Positions 37,423 through 47,338 are shown, counted from the first letter of the stretch. The stretch: 64,000 bases of DNA from an uncultured Gammaproteobacteria bacterium (GCA_963759055.1 CAVWYD010000009.1:54529-118528), one strand, 5' to 3'. Made by a program: numbers and translations. The notes: generated by a model not told the origin, from the sequence alone.

Positions 37423-38433
37423 GTGTTGGTGCAGGACACCCATATCAGCCTGGCCCATGGCAATGGCGGGCGTTTGATGCGCGAACTGATCAAAGACATC
37501 TTCGCGCGTCATCTCGGTACGGAGCAGCTCGACGTCCAGGTCGACGCAGCCAGAATCGCGCTTCCACCGGGGCGCCAGCTGATCACGACAGATGGCTTCA
37601 CGGTCCAGCCATTGGAGTTTCCCGGTGGTGACATCGGCACTCTGGCAGTCCACGGGACCTGTAACGACCTGGCCGTATCCGGCGCTACACCTCATGTCCT
37701 GACGCTCAACGCCTTTATCGAGGAAGGCCTCGAGGTCACTCTGCTCGACCGTCTGGTTGCGTCGATTGCGCGTGCGGCCGCCGAGACCGGCGTCGCCGTC
37801 GTCGCCGGCGACACCAAGGTGCTTCGTCGTGGCGAAGGCGGCGGTCTGTACCTGGCGACCACCGGTGTCGGCGTGGCGCCACCCGATCTCGATCTCTCGA
37901 TGGCGAACATCAGGCCGGGCGACAGGATCCTGGTCAGTGGTCCGGTCGGTGATCACGGCATCGCGGTGATGCTCGCGCGCGAGGAGTTCGGAATGCGCGG
38001 TGATCTGCAATCGGATGCGGCCAATGTACTGCCCCTGACGCAGGCCGCCGCCGCTTTTCCCGGCCTGCGCTTCATGCGCGATCCCACGCGCGGTGGCCTG
38101 GCTACCGTGATGCATGAGTTGATGCATGTGACCGGTCTGCAGGTCCGGCTGCGGCAACTGGATATACCGGTACACGACGCCGTCAACTCGGTGTGCGAGA
38201 TGCTGGGTTACGACCCACTGTACCTTGCCTGTGAGGGAAGGGTGGTGGCGGTCGTCGAAGCGGGTGCCGCTGATCGGCTGCTCTCTAGCTGGCAGGCCCT
38301 GCCTGGCGGGCGGGAAGCGGCCTGTGTGGGTGAATTGGTCAAAGGGCGCGAGCGCGTGATCCTGGTCACCGAACTGGGTGGCGAGCGCATTCTCGAGGAG
38401 CTTGAGGATGATCCGCTGCCGCGGATCTGCTGA
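37423..38433 (+). CDS. hypE: Hydrogenase maturation protein HypE
   Basis: LAHGNGG, TTDGFTVQPLEFPGGDIG, GDTKV, RDPTRGG and C-terminal LPRIC. Confidence 0.95.
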   Translation: MLVQDTHISLAHGNGGRLMRELIKDIFARHLGTEQLDVQVDAARIALPPGRQLITTDGFTVQPLEFPGGDIGTLAVHGTCNDLAVSGATPHVLTLNAFIEEGLEVTLLDRLVASIARAAAETGVAVVAGDTKVLRRGEGGGLYLATTGVGVAPPDLDLSMANIRPGDRILVSGPVGDHGIAVMLAREEFGMRGDLQSDAANVLPLTQAAAAFPGLRFMRDPTRGGLATVMHELMHVTGLQVRLRQLDIPVHDAVNSVCEMLGYDPLYLACEGRVVAVVEAGAADRLLSSWQALPGGREAACVGELVKGRERVILVTELGGERILEELEDDPLPRIC

Positions 38434-38459
38434 TATATCAGAGATTGGGCGACGTTCTG

Positions 38460-38622
38460 GGAACGCAGAGGACGCAAAGGAGCGCAGAGATCGCAGAGGA
38501 AAGATTTGCTGTGACGTCCGGATATGGCACACCACGCTTGTCTATCGAGAAACGGATCGTTATTGAATTCTGGCGATAGTTTACTTTGCGGACTTTGCGT
38601 TTCTCAGCGTCCTTTGCGTTCC
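38460..38622. repeat. 163-bp element with 39-bp imperfect inverted arms, each built of four CGCARAG-like units
   Basis: 38460-38498 versus 38584-38622: 30/39 complementary, and six of the nine mismatches are G-U compatible on the + strand. Confidence 0.7.
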
Positions 38623-38645
38623 AAGTCCCAGCACATCAGTAGAAC

Positions 38646-38670
38646 AAAAAAGGGGCCCCGAAGGGCCCCT
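38646..38670 (-). terminator. Rho-independent terminator of fccAB
   Basis: Minus strand AGGGGCCC-TTCG-GGGCCCCT followed by a T-run, about 30 nt after the fccB stop. Confidence 0.85.
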
Positions 38671-38702
38671 CGAACTTTCCAGTGGAAAGACTTGGTTGGG
38701 GA

Positions 38703-39974
38703 TCAACCCCAGCTGTCGTTCTTGATGTTTTCGAACCAGCTGTACGCGTAGTTGACCTCGCGGGCACGCATCTCGGGGCTGCTGTCTTTCGGTGTCAGGC
38801 CACCGGAGCCCTTGACCTTGCTCAGCTTGCCTTCCTTCAGGTCATAGACCATGGCAACCGAAATGGCGTCGTTCGGACCGACGATCGAGTAGCAGGTGTT
38901 GACCAGCGAAGGATCACCGGGCTCTTTGCCATTCAGCAGGGCGACGACGGCGGCAGCTGCGGTCTTGCCTTCCGAGTTTGCGGCGTAGCCGGACTTCGGC
39001 AGCGGCGAAGCGATCGACGCATCACCGATGACGTGAACGCCCTTGTGCATGGTCGACTCAAAGGTGCGGCCGTCGATCGGGCACCAGCCCTTGTCGTTGG
39101 TCAGGCCGGCCTTGATTGCGATCGCACCGGCCTGCTGTGCCGGGATGACGTTCGCCACATCGACCTTGTGCGCGGTATCACCCACGTACAGGGTGTTGCT
39201 GGCCGCATCCACTCGGGTGACCTTGCCGCCGGCTTTTGCAGCAACCCACTCGATGTGGTTCGGGAAGTGCTTTGCAAAAGCCTGCTGGAACAGACCGAAC
39301 TTCGAGAACTTGTCCTTGCTGTCCAGGATCATCACCTTGGACTTGGGCTTATGCTCCTGCAGATACATGGCGATCTGGCAGGCGCGCTCGTATGGCCCGG
39401 GTGGGCAACGGAACGGGTTCGGTGGCGCGGCGATGGCGACAACACCACCGTCTTTCATGGCCTCGAGCTGCTTGCGCAGGAGGACGGTCTGCTCGCCGGC
39501 CTTCCAGGCGTGCGGCATGGCCTCCATTGCGGCGGCATCATAACCTTCGATGTTGTCCTTGAAGGAAATGCCGGGGGCAACAATGCAGCGGTCATAGGCG
39601 AAGCTCTGACCGCCGGCGGTCTTGACCATTTTGCCGGCTGCATCGATATCGGTGACTGTGTCGTGCACCACATTGACACCGTGCCCCTTCAGGCCGTCGT
39701 AGTTGACCCGGATGGTATCCATCTTGCGGTGACCCGACAGGACCTCGTTGCTCAGGAAGCAGGTGTAGTATTCCTTGTTTGGCTCGATCAGCGTGACGTC
39801 GATCGAAGAATCGGCCATGCGGATGTACTTGGCAGCCGTTGCGCCGCCGACACCGCCGCCGACTACGACGACCTTCTTGCTGGCCGCACCGACAATTGCA
39901 GGGAAGCCCAGTGCGCTTACGGCGGCGATGCCTCCGGTGGCCTGGATGAATTTTCTACGTGTGAAATTTGCCAT
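38703..39974 (-). CDS. fccB: Flavocytochrome c sulfide dehydrogenase, flavoprotein subunit (FccB/SoxF)
   Basis: Tat signal TRRKFI, VVVVGGGVGG, YYTCFLSN, PFRCPPGPYERA, IGDA...PKSG and NTCYS. Confidence 0.93.
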   Translation of the reverse strand: MANFTRRKFIQATGGIAAVSALGFPAIVGAASKKVVVVGGGVGGATAAKYIRMADSSIDVTLIEPNKEYYTCFLSNEVLSGHRKMDTIRVNYDGLKGHGVNVVHDTVTDIDAAGKMVKTAGGQSFAYDRCIVAPGISFKDNIEGYDAAAMEAMPHAWKAGEQTVLLRKQLEAMKDGGVVAIAAPPNPFRCPPGPYERACQIAMYLQEHKPKSKVMILDSKDKFSKFGLFQQAFAKHFPNHIEWVAAKAGGKVTRVDAASNTLYVGDTAHKVDVANVIPAQQAGAIAIKAGLTNDKGWCPIDGRTFESTMHKGVHVIGDASIASPLPKSGYAANSEGKTAAAAVVALLNGKEPGDPSLVNTCYSIVGPNDAISVAMVYDLKEGKLSKVKGSGGLTPKDSSPEMRAREVNYAYSWFENIKNDSWG

Positions 39975-39991
39975 TGTTTTATTCCCCCTGA

Positions 39992-40600
39992 TTACTGCTG
40001 GCTGGCGAAGAAGTTCAGCACGGCGTCGATCTCTTCGTCACTGAGCTTCTCGACCTGCTTCTTCATCTTCTTCGTCATCTCGCGATGACCGCTCCGGTAG
40101 TCGGCCATGGAGTACTGCAGCCACGGGAGCCACTGACCGGCCAGGATACCGGCGTCGTCGTCCGGCAGGGCGCCGTTCTCGTCGTGACACTTGGCACAGC
40201 CCTTGTCGTAGATGGCGGCACCGGCCTTTGCCTTGGCCGCATCATGCGGGACTTTGGCCTTGTAGACGGGCATTTTGGCAAAGTAGGCACCCATCTGTTC
40301 GATCTGCTCGTCCGTGTAGCCTTTGGCGATACGGTTCATGATGGTCGCAGGACGCGCGTCTTCTGCGTGCTCCGCATCTTTCGGCAGCTTCTTGAAGCCC
40401 TCCATTGACTCGATGAAGTAAGCTTCGGAAATCCCGGCCAGGTTCGGCGAGGCGGGGCCTACGCTTTTACCATTCGTGCCGTGGCAGCCGGCACAGGTGT
40501 CGGCCATTGCTTTGGCACTGGGTCCGGCCAGCACCTGGGTGGTGCCGACCATGAAGACAGAACCGATCAGCGCGACAAGCGCTTTTCTGTTGCAGCCCAT
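39992..40600 (-). CDS. fccA: Flavocytochrome c, diheme cytochrome subunit (FccA)
   Basis: Signal peptide, CAGCHG and CAKCH heme motifs, TIMNRIAKGY; directly upstream of fccB. Confidence 0.9.
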   Translation of the reverse strand: MGCNRKALVALIGSVFMVGTTQVLAGPSAKAMADTCAGCHGTNGKSVGPASPNLAGISEAYFIESMEGFKKLPKDAEHAEDARPATIMNRIAKGYTDEQIEQMGAYFAKMPVYKAKVPHDAAKAKAGAAIYDKGCAKCHDENGALPDDDAGILAGQWLPWLQYSMADYRSGHREMTKKMKKQVEKLSDEEIDAVLNFFASQQ

Positions 40601-40689
40601 AATTCCTCCTAAGTTTCTCTTTGTGTTGGAAGGGTTTCTTGGTCATCGGCCCTAGCGGCCGGGTTATCTTTCTTATTTCCGAGCGGATC

Positions 40690-40731
40690 AATCTATCTGA
40701 CGCCCGTGCGTCAGTATTTGACACAGATCAA
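40690..40731 (-). promoter_or_regulatory. Putative class II FNR-type promoter of fccAB
   Basis: Minus strand TTGAT-CTGT-GTCAA (40731-40718, 9/10 consensus) and -10 TAGATT (40695-40690); box centre at -41.5. Confidence 0.6.
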
Positions 40732-41453
40732 TTCGAAAAGGCCTGGAACAGGCCGCCACCGCCCGGTTTGCCGCCTAGTCTAGCGTAATACACAGCCAAT
40801 TCCTCAATTTCGTCGCGGGTTAACGATTTCGCGATGATACGCATACGGCTATAGACATCGTTTGCACGCTCTCCCTTGGCGTAATCCTTCATCGTGTTGA
40901 CGAAGTATTTGACGTTCTGGCCTGCAATCGCCGGGACATCGATGATTGCGCCTTCGCCACGGGCGCCGTGACAGGAGGCGCAGGGCTGGATCAGGCGGGT
41001 CTTGTCGCCGCGAAACACCAGTTTTATGGTGTCTTCGCTGACCGTTTCGTCTTCGTCAACCTCCACTTTGGGAATCGGTTGATCCGCATACCAGGCGGCC
41101 AGTGCCGCGAGCTGCTCGTCGGTAAGTCGCTCCACGGCTTCACTCATCTTTCTATTTTCGCGGCTGCCGTCCTTGTAGTCGCGCAGTTGCTTGAATGTAT
41201 ACGCAGCGACCTGTCCCGCGAGGGTCGGATGCTTGTCCCGATCCGGCTCAGCGCCCCGCTCGCCGTGACAATCGGCGCAGGCATTGACGTCCTCGGTCTC
41301 GACCATCTCAATCTCGGAGCCGATTTTTGGATCTCCCTTTTTGACCAGACTGTGGGTCTCCACTGTCCAGGCGACGTTGGAAGATGGTGCGGCCTGGGCC
41401 AGACCGAGCGGCAGAAGTGCGGAAACAAGTATGATCAACCTACGTGTTTTCAT
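40728..41453 (-). CDS. Diheme cytochrome c4-type protein
   Basis: Signal peptide MKTRRLII; CADCHG and CASCHG; P.LAGQ..Y..KQL.DYK.G.R pattern; starts 5 nt after the oxidase subunit I stop. Confidence 0.88.
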   Translation of the reverse strand: MKTRRLIILVSALLPLGLAQAAPSSNVAWTVETHSLVKKGDPKIGSEIEMVETEDVNACADCHGERGAEPDRDKHPTLAGQVAAYTFKQLRDYKDGSRENRKMSEAVERLTDEQLAALAAWYADQPIPKVEVDEDETVSEDTIKLVFRGDKTRLIQPCASCHGARGEGAIIDVPAIAGQNVKYFVNTMKDYAKGERANDVYSRMRIIAKSLTRDEIEELAVYYARLGGKPGGGGLFQAFSN

Positions 41454-41458
41454 TTTTA

Positions 41459-43079
41459 TCAGTACCCCCACGGCATCGAACCAGGTGCATCCAAAATCAA
41501 TAGCTGGACGATGGGTATGCCATATGCCACGACCATCCAGACCGCCACGATGCCGTTCCACAGAGCGAAGCCGTTCATCGGCTTGGGAACGCTCATCGGC
41601 GGATAGACCGCGGTGGCCCAGTCGCCGTGAGTGACGTCGTAGATTCTCTTTTTGAGGTGCGACATCAGCAGATTGAGCACGAACAGCAGCGCCGAGACCA
41701 GCAGGATGGCGCCACCGACGATCATCGCCAGCTCGTGCGGGTCCCACTGCGCTACCAGGGGTGAGTCATAGGGCGTGGAGGAGATGCGGCGCGGCTGGCC
41801 CAGCAGGCCCAATACGTGCCAGGGCATGGTCAGGACCAGCATGCCGATGGTCCACAGCCACAGCTGCAGCACCGCCATGCCGCGCGATGCGAGCGGACGG
41901 CCGGTCAGCTTGGGCCACAGGTGGTAGGCAACGGCCAGGTACATGATGACCGTGGTGCCACCGAAGATCAGGTGGAAGTGCCCGGTGACCCACTGGGTGT
42001 TGTGCACCAGGGTGTTCATCTGGTAGCTGGCGTTGATCATGCCGCCGAAGCCGCCGGCGATCAGCATGAACAGGGCCAGCATGCCGGCGACCACCATCGG
42101 CTCTTTCCAGTCCAGCGCGCCGATCCAGCCGAACAGACCCTTGCCACCGCGCAGGCGCCCGGCGCCTTCCAGCGAGGCCAGCACCGTGAAGCCGGTCAGC
42201 AGGGTCGGAACGGCGACGCGCGAAGGTGCCCAGCATGTGCAGGAACTTGAAGCCGGCGGCCTGCTGCGGGTCCATGTACAGATGGTGGAAGCCGATCGGC
42301 ACGCTGATGACCAGCAGCATGATGAAGGCGATGCGCGCCATCTCGTCGCTGAACAGACGGCCACCGGCGATCTTGGGCAGGATGGTGTACATCGCGATGT
42401 ACGCCGGGAACAGCCAGAAATAGACGATCGCATGCAGGGTCCAGGAGAACAGGGTGCGCGCCAGGCCCGGGTCGACGGTGTCCATCAGGCCGAGCGACCA
42501 GGGGATCAGCTGGAACAGCATCTCGATGCCGACACCGGCGCTGGTCCACAGCCACATGATGGCATTGGCCGTGGTGCCGTACATCGCCAGCGGTACGACC
42601 TTGCCGGGGTTGTCACGCTTCCAGGTGACCGTCGACATGATCATTTCCAGGCACCAGATCCACGAACCGACCACCAGCAGGGTGGCGCCGATGTAGAACA
42701 TCGGGTGGGCCATGAGCGGTGGATAGAAGGTGTAGAGTACCGATGCCTTGCCGGTCAGCAGCGGGATGGCCGCCATGACCGTGCCGCCGAGCGCGACGAA
42801 GAAAGCGACCCAGGCCAGCCCTCTGCTCCAGAGTGGGCGCTTCAGGGTCGAGGTGGCCGTGTAGTAACCGAAACCCATGATGAAGAAGGTGGTGAGCACG
42901 AAGCCCATCAACACGCCGTGGGTGGAGACCGACGCGAAGTACAGTTCGTGCGATTCGATCTCCGGGAACAGGCCGCTGCGGTTCATGACCTGGTACAGGC
43001 CAAGAATGATAGCGACGAAGAATGCGGCGAACGCGACCCAGAGATTCGCGACCACTAACGATTTGGATTTGTCGTGCAT
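41459..43079 (-). CDS. cbaA: B-family (ba3-type) heme-copper oxidase subunit I (frameshift ~42220)
   Basis: STHGVL, LYTFYPPL, FSWTLHAIVYFW (His-Tyr cross-link), GFHHLY, HNTQWVTGHFH and GQPRR. Confidence 0.88.
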
Positions 43080-43113
43080 ATTGTTTTTCCCGAATGCGTT
43101 GTGTCAGCGGCGA

Positions 43114-43596
43114 TCAGCCCTTGGAAACGACCTTCAGCTTGGACCACATGTAGTCGTGGCCAAGGCCGCAGTATTCGTTGCACAGGAACTGCGACTCACC
43201 TTCGCGTGAAAACCGGGTGGTGACCTCCGAGACATAACCGGGGATCACCATGGTGCTCATGTTGGTGAAGGGCACGTGTACGCCGTGCACGATGTCGGGG
43301 CTGGTGATCCGGAAGGTGACATCCGTGTCTGCCGGGACTTCGACCATCTGCGGGTAGAACGAATAGCGCGCAGCGATCATGCGCACGGTGATCGAGCCAT
43401 CGGGGTTGGTGGTCGCGCCCAGGTTGTCCTCAGCAAACTCACCGGACAGGTGCAGCGTCTTGGGGTCGATGGTCTCGACGTTGCTCGGCGGGTGCATGTT
43501 CATGAGCACGGCCGCGTAGGTCATCGAGCCGATCATGACGACCGTGATGAGCCCGATGACGTACATCCATTTTTTTTCCAGCGGATCAATATGCAT
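43114..43596 (-). CDS. cbaB: ba3-type oxidase subunit II (CuA)
   Basis: Single TM; DIVHGVH and CNEYCGLGHDYM CuA motif; AGGAGG RBS. Confidence 0.9.
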   Translation of the reverse strand: MHIDPLEKKWMYVIGLITVVMIGSMTYAAVLMNMHPPSNVETIDPKTLHLSGEFAEDNLGATTNPDGSITVRMIAARYSFYPQMVEVPADTDVTFRITSPDIVHGVHVPFTNMSTMVIPGYVSEVTTRFSREGESQFLCNEYCGLGHDYMWSKLKVVSKG

Positions 43597-43613
43597 CCGA
43601 ATTTCCTCCTTTA

Positions 43614-43766
43614 CTAGGCCACCGGCCCGTGCGACATAAACAGACCGAAGAAGAAATACAGCCAGCCTGCCAGCATGGCCATGCCGACGACCAGGATCAG
43701 TGCCCAGGTGCCCCTCGGTGGCGCCTCCAGGATGCGTCTTTGTTCGTCTTCCGACAGCTCGGTCAT
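43614..43766 (-). CDS. ba3-type oxidase subunit IIa (single-helix)
   Basis: 50 aa with PRGTWALIL...W TM pattern; position before subunit II; GGAG RBS. Confidence 0.75.
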   Translation of the reverse strand: MTELSEDEQRRILEAPPRGTWALILVVGMAMLAGWLYFFFGLFMSHGPVA

Positions 43767-44027
43767 GTGCATATCTCCCGTTCTCAATAGTTTGCAAACG
43801 AGCTTCGCCGCCAGGCAAAGCCTATACCTTCGAATGCCGGAGCAACGATCGGCGAAGCAGATCTGTCGCGGGTTCGAGCGGAAAGTGAAGCTCGACACGG
43901 AGTGCGTTAGCGTTGTTTTTGAAGGCAACCCCAGGCCGACTGGGGAAGGAACGATATACTGAACCGCGACTCTTTTGAAGGGGTTTGTTTTTCTATAAGT
44001 GATTGGTTATGAACAAATTAACCTCGA

Positions 44028-44432
44028 TTAAGCCGCTGGTCCGGGACGCGACGTGGACGATTTGGCGACAAAACATCGAAAGATTAAGTCGCCGGCCGGC
44101 CAGCCGGTGATCTGCGTCCTGGAAACCAAGCTCTGAAACGACACTTGAACGACTGCGGGTTCGTCGTTCCGGCTGGCACAGTTCTGGACCGGATCGTTCA
44201 TCGCGCTCGGGTCCTGCGATGCGTCAGAATTGCATTCGGATACGACTTTCCAGCGACGGCCGTGCTCATTGTCGCGGCCGGTATTGCTGCGCATCCAGCT
44301 TCGGGCCTCGTTGACGTCGTCAAACCCGAGGTAATCGCCGGTTTGCGGATCGCTGACAAAAGCCCAGCCGAGCACGCCGCGTTTCTCGACGCGGTAGGAG
44401 TCGGTCTGCTCGTTGTGCACAATGCGGTACAT
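44028..44432 (-). CDS. Hypothetical protein
   Basis: GGAGA RBS. The first ~68 aa (MYRIVHNE...RRWKVV) look protein-like; the remainder is uncertain. Confidence 0.5.
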   Translation of the reverse strand: MYRIVHNEQTDSYRVEKRGVLGWAFVSDPQTGDYLGFDDVNEARSWMRSNTGRDNEHGRRWKVVSECNSDASQDPSAMNDPVQNCASRNDEPAVVQVSFQSLVSRTQITGWPAGDLIFRCFVAKSSTSRPGPAA

Positions 44433-44539
44433 GGCTTCTTCTCCACAATATTAAGGAAACACTAATATACAGATTATCTTGGCCAAGTCAAGCTATCTGC
44501 TTGACGGGGTTTTCTTTCCTTAGTTGGGGGCTGAGGTTC

Positions 44540-47090
44540 CTATTCATCCCCGGTCGCCTGCTCGCGCAGGCGCAGCGCGTTTGCCACCACCAGCAGTGAG
44601 CTGAGCGACATGCCGATCGCCGCACCCCAGGGCGCGATCAGGCCCATTGCGGCGGCAGGCACGGCGAGGAAGTTATAGCTGGCGGCCCAGATCAGGTTCT
44701 GATGGATGATGCGTCGGATCTTTTCGGCCAGGATACGCATCTCGCCGATCACGCCCAGTTCGCTTCCGAGCACCAATAGCCCGCTGTTCATCTGCGCCAG
44801 TTCGGTGGCGTGCGCAAAGGATACGGAGACGTCGGCCGAGGCGAGCGTCGGCGCATCGTTGATCCCGTCGCCGACCATCGCAACGCGCTCGCCCCGGGCC
44901 TGACGTTCGCGTATCCAACGCAGTTTGTCCGCGGGTTTGAGATCGCCCAGGGCCTCATCGAACGAAAGTCCAGCGGCGAACCGGTCGACGCTGGCCTGAT
45001 TGTCGCCGCTGAGTAAAGCGATATGTTTCACGCCGTGATTGCGCAGGGTCTGGATGAGCGCGTCCGCGCCCGGTCGGTTGCGGTCACTCAGGGCGAACAG
45101 TGCGCCGGCCCCCTGTCGGTTGCCCAGTCCAATGACGACATACCCTGCGGCCCTTAGTGCAGACAATCGGGTATCCAGTTTGTTCAAAGGATTCTCCGGT
45201 GAGGGCGAACCCGGGAGTGCCGATTCTCCAGTAATCTGTCTGGATCCTGCCCTCGATGCCTTCGCCGACATGATTGTGCAGTTCCTCGACCGCTGCGACC
45301 GGGCCTTCATGTGCCAGCCTCAGTGCCCTGCCGATAGGGTGTTCGGAGTGCGTTTCCAGGGCAGCGGCGATAGCCTGCGCCTGCGCGCCGACCATGCCGC
45401 CAAAGGTTTCGATCTGCTCGATCTGGAGTTCGCCGGCTGTCAGCGTGCCGGTCTTGTCGAAGGCGAAGGTATCGCATTGCGCAAGGATCTCGATCGCATC
45501 GCTGCGCACCGTCAACAGGCCCATTGTCGGCGAACCGTCCGACGCCGATCGCGGCCGCGACCGGAGTTGCCAGTGCGAGCGCGCAGGGACAGGTGACGAT
45601 CAGTACCGCAACCGTGTTGGGCAGGGCAGCTGATGGGTCGAGCCATAGCCAGATGCCGGCGGTGACGACCGCGATGACCAGCACGACGGCGACGAACCAG
45701 GTGGCGGCGTGCTGGGCGAGAACCGCATAGCGTGGTGCCTCGCGCATGCCGCGGGCGAGCAGACGATGGATCTCTGCGACTGTGGAGTCGGCGCTGTCCT
45801 TCTCGATCTCGATCACGACCGCCTGGTCGACGTTGCAGGTGCCGCCGATCACGAGGTCACCGGCCGTGCGCGTGACCGGCAGTGGCTCGCCGGTCAGCAG
45901 CGACTCGTCGAAGCTGCTGTGCCCTTCCAGCAGACGACCGTCGGTCGGGACGATCTCACCGGGGCGCACCCGTGACCCGGTCGCCGGGTGCCAGTTCGGT
46001 GACCAGCACCTCGCGTTCGCCGTCTTCCTCGAGGCGGATCGCGAGGCGCGGGCATGATCCTGCCCACCCGGTCGAGCGCATCTGCGGCGCGTACCCGGCC
46101 GCGCAACTCGATCCGCCTGGCCAGTAGCACCAGAAAGACAAACATCGCAATGGAGTCGTAATAGACCTCGCCGGTCTGTGTCCATGTCGTGTGTATGCTG
46201 CCGAGATAGGCCACGCTCAGGCCAAGCACGATGGGCACATCCATACCCAGGCGACGGTTGCGCAGGTCGCGCCAGGCGCCGATGAAAAATTCCTGGCCCG
46301 GGTAGACGAGCAGGGCGGTGGTGGCGAACAGGCTTGTCCAGCGGCCGATCCGCACCCACAAGGCGAGTTCGCCGGTCTCGTCGCCGAGCCCCATGACGTA
46401 GCCGGCAATTGCGAAATTCATCACCACCATACCGATGATGCCGGCGAAGATCAGGCGCTCGGTGCTGCGTTTTTGCTGCAGGGCATTGAGTTCCTCGCGC
46501 CGTGTGGCGTCGTATGGATGCGCTACATAGCCGATGTTGAGGATGCTTTCGAGTATCTCGCTGAGCTTGATGCGCTCGGGGTCCCAGCGCACCCTGGCGT
46601 GATGGCTGGCGTAATCGAGGTCGACGTCGATCACCCCGTCGAGTCCGCGCAGGACGCGCTCGTTCAGCCACAGGCAGGCCGCACAGCGGATATTCTCCAG
46701 TAGCAGCGATGCCTCGCGGGTTTCCTCCTTTTCACGAACGAACGATTTCTGCACGTCCGGATGATCGTAAAAATCGAGTCTACGGATGATCTCCGGCACC
46801 ACGTCCGCTGTAATCGCCTTCTCGCGGCGGTGCTCGTAGTACTCTTCGAGGCCGGCATCCACGATGCTGCGTGTCACCGCGAGGCAGCCGTTGCAGCAGA
46901 ATGCGCGTTGCTTTCCAAGGACAGGGAACTCGTCGTGAAACTTCGGATCCAGCGGCAGCCCGCAGTGGAAGCAATTGTCGTCGACCAGTGCGGCGCTGTC
47001 GGCTGGAGCGGACGCGGCATCTGTCGGGATCTGATTGGGTTGCTGCGGGGTTGCGTCGGAGTCAATGTCTGGGCTTTGCTGTCAGGGCAC
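44540..47090 (-). CDS. ccoI: CcoI/FixI-type P1B heavy-metal (Cu) ATPase (four or five apparent frameshifts)
   Basis: N-terminal CFHCGLP...FCCNGC, CAAC metal-binding domain, LGMDVP, LTGEPLP, TCPCAL, DKTGTLT and [10 protein letters not shown]. The start codon is not resolvable. Confidence 0.82.
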
Positions 47091-47228
47091 ACACGGTTCC
47101 CGTTAGTTAAGCCATAACCGGCGTCAATTTGCCAATCTGCCCGGTGTTTGCGGTCCTTTCGGGGGTTGGCGGCACTCAAATGGTGCCTTTGCCCGAAAAC
47201 TGGGAGAATACGCCGGACTGAGTCTTGC

Positions 47229-47270
47229 CAGACATAAATCAATTAAATAAGGACGTGTCACAAGTACGAT
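47229..47270 (+). promoter_or_regulatory. Possible class II FNR-type promoter of the DUF302 gene
   Basis: CAGAC-ATAA-ATCAA (7/10) at 47229-47242 and -10 TACGAT at 47265-47270; same -41.5 spacing as the other two. Confidence 0.4.
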
Positions 47271-47338
47271 CGGCGGATGGCTCGGTGTGGGGTTGCCGCA
47301 TCCCGGCATTTGACTAACCAGGCGAACGGGGGTTGGAG

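Noticed and set aside
26830-38433. Absence of hypF as evidence of an alternative maturation route
   Set aside because: hypF is often encoded elsewhere; this cannot be judged from one window.
37306-38622. CRISPR array
   Set aside because: The repeats are short inverted palindromes without regular unique spacers, and no cas genes are present.
41459-43079. B-family-derived nitric oxide reductase
   Set aside because: The cross-linking Tyr (HAIVY) and CuB histidines are retained, consistent with an O2 reductase.
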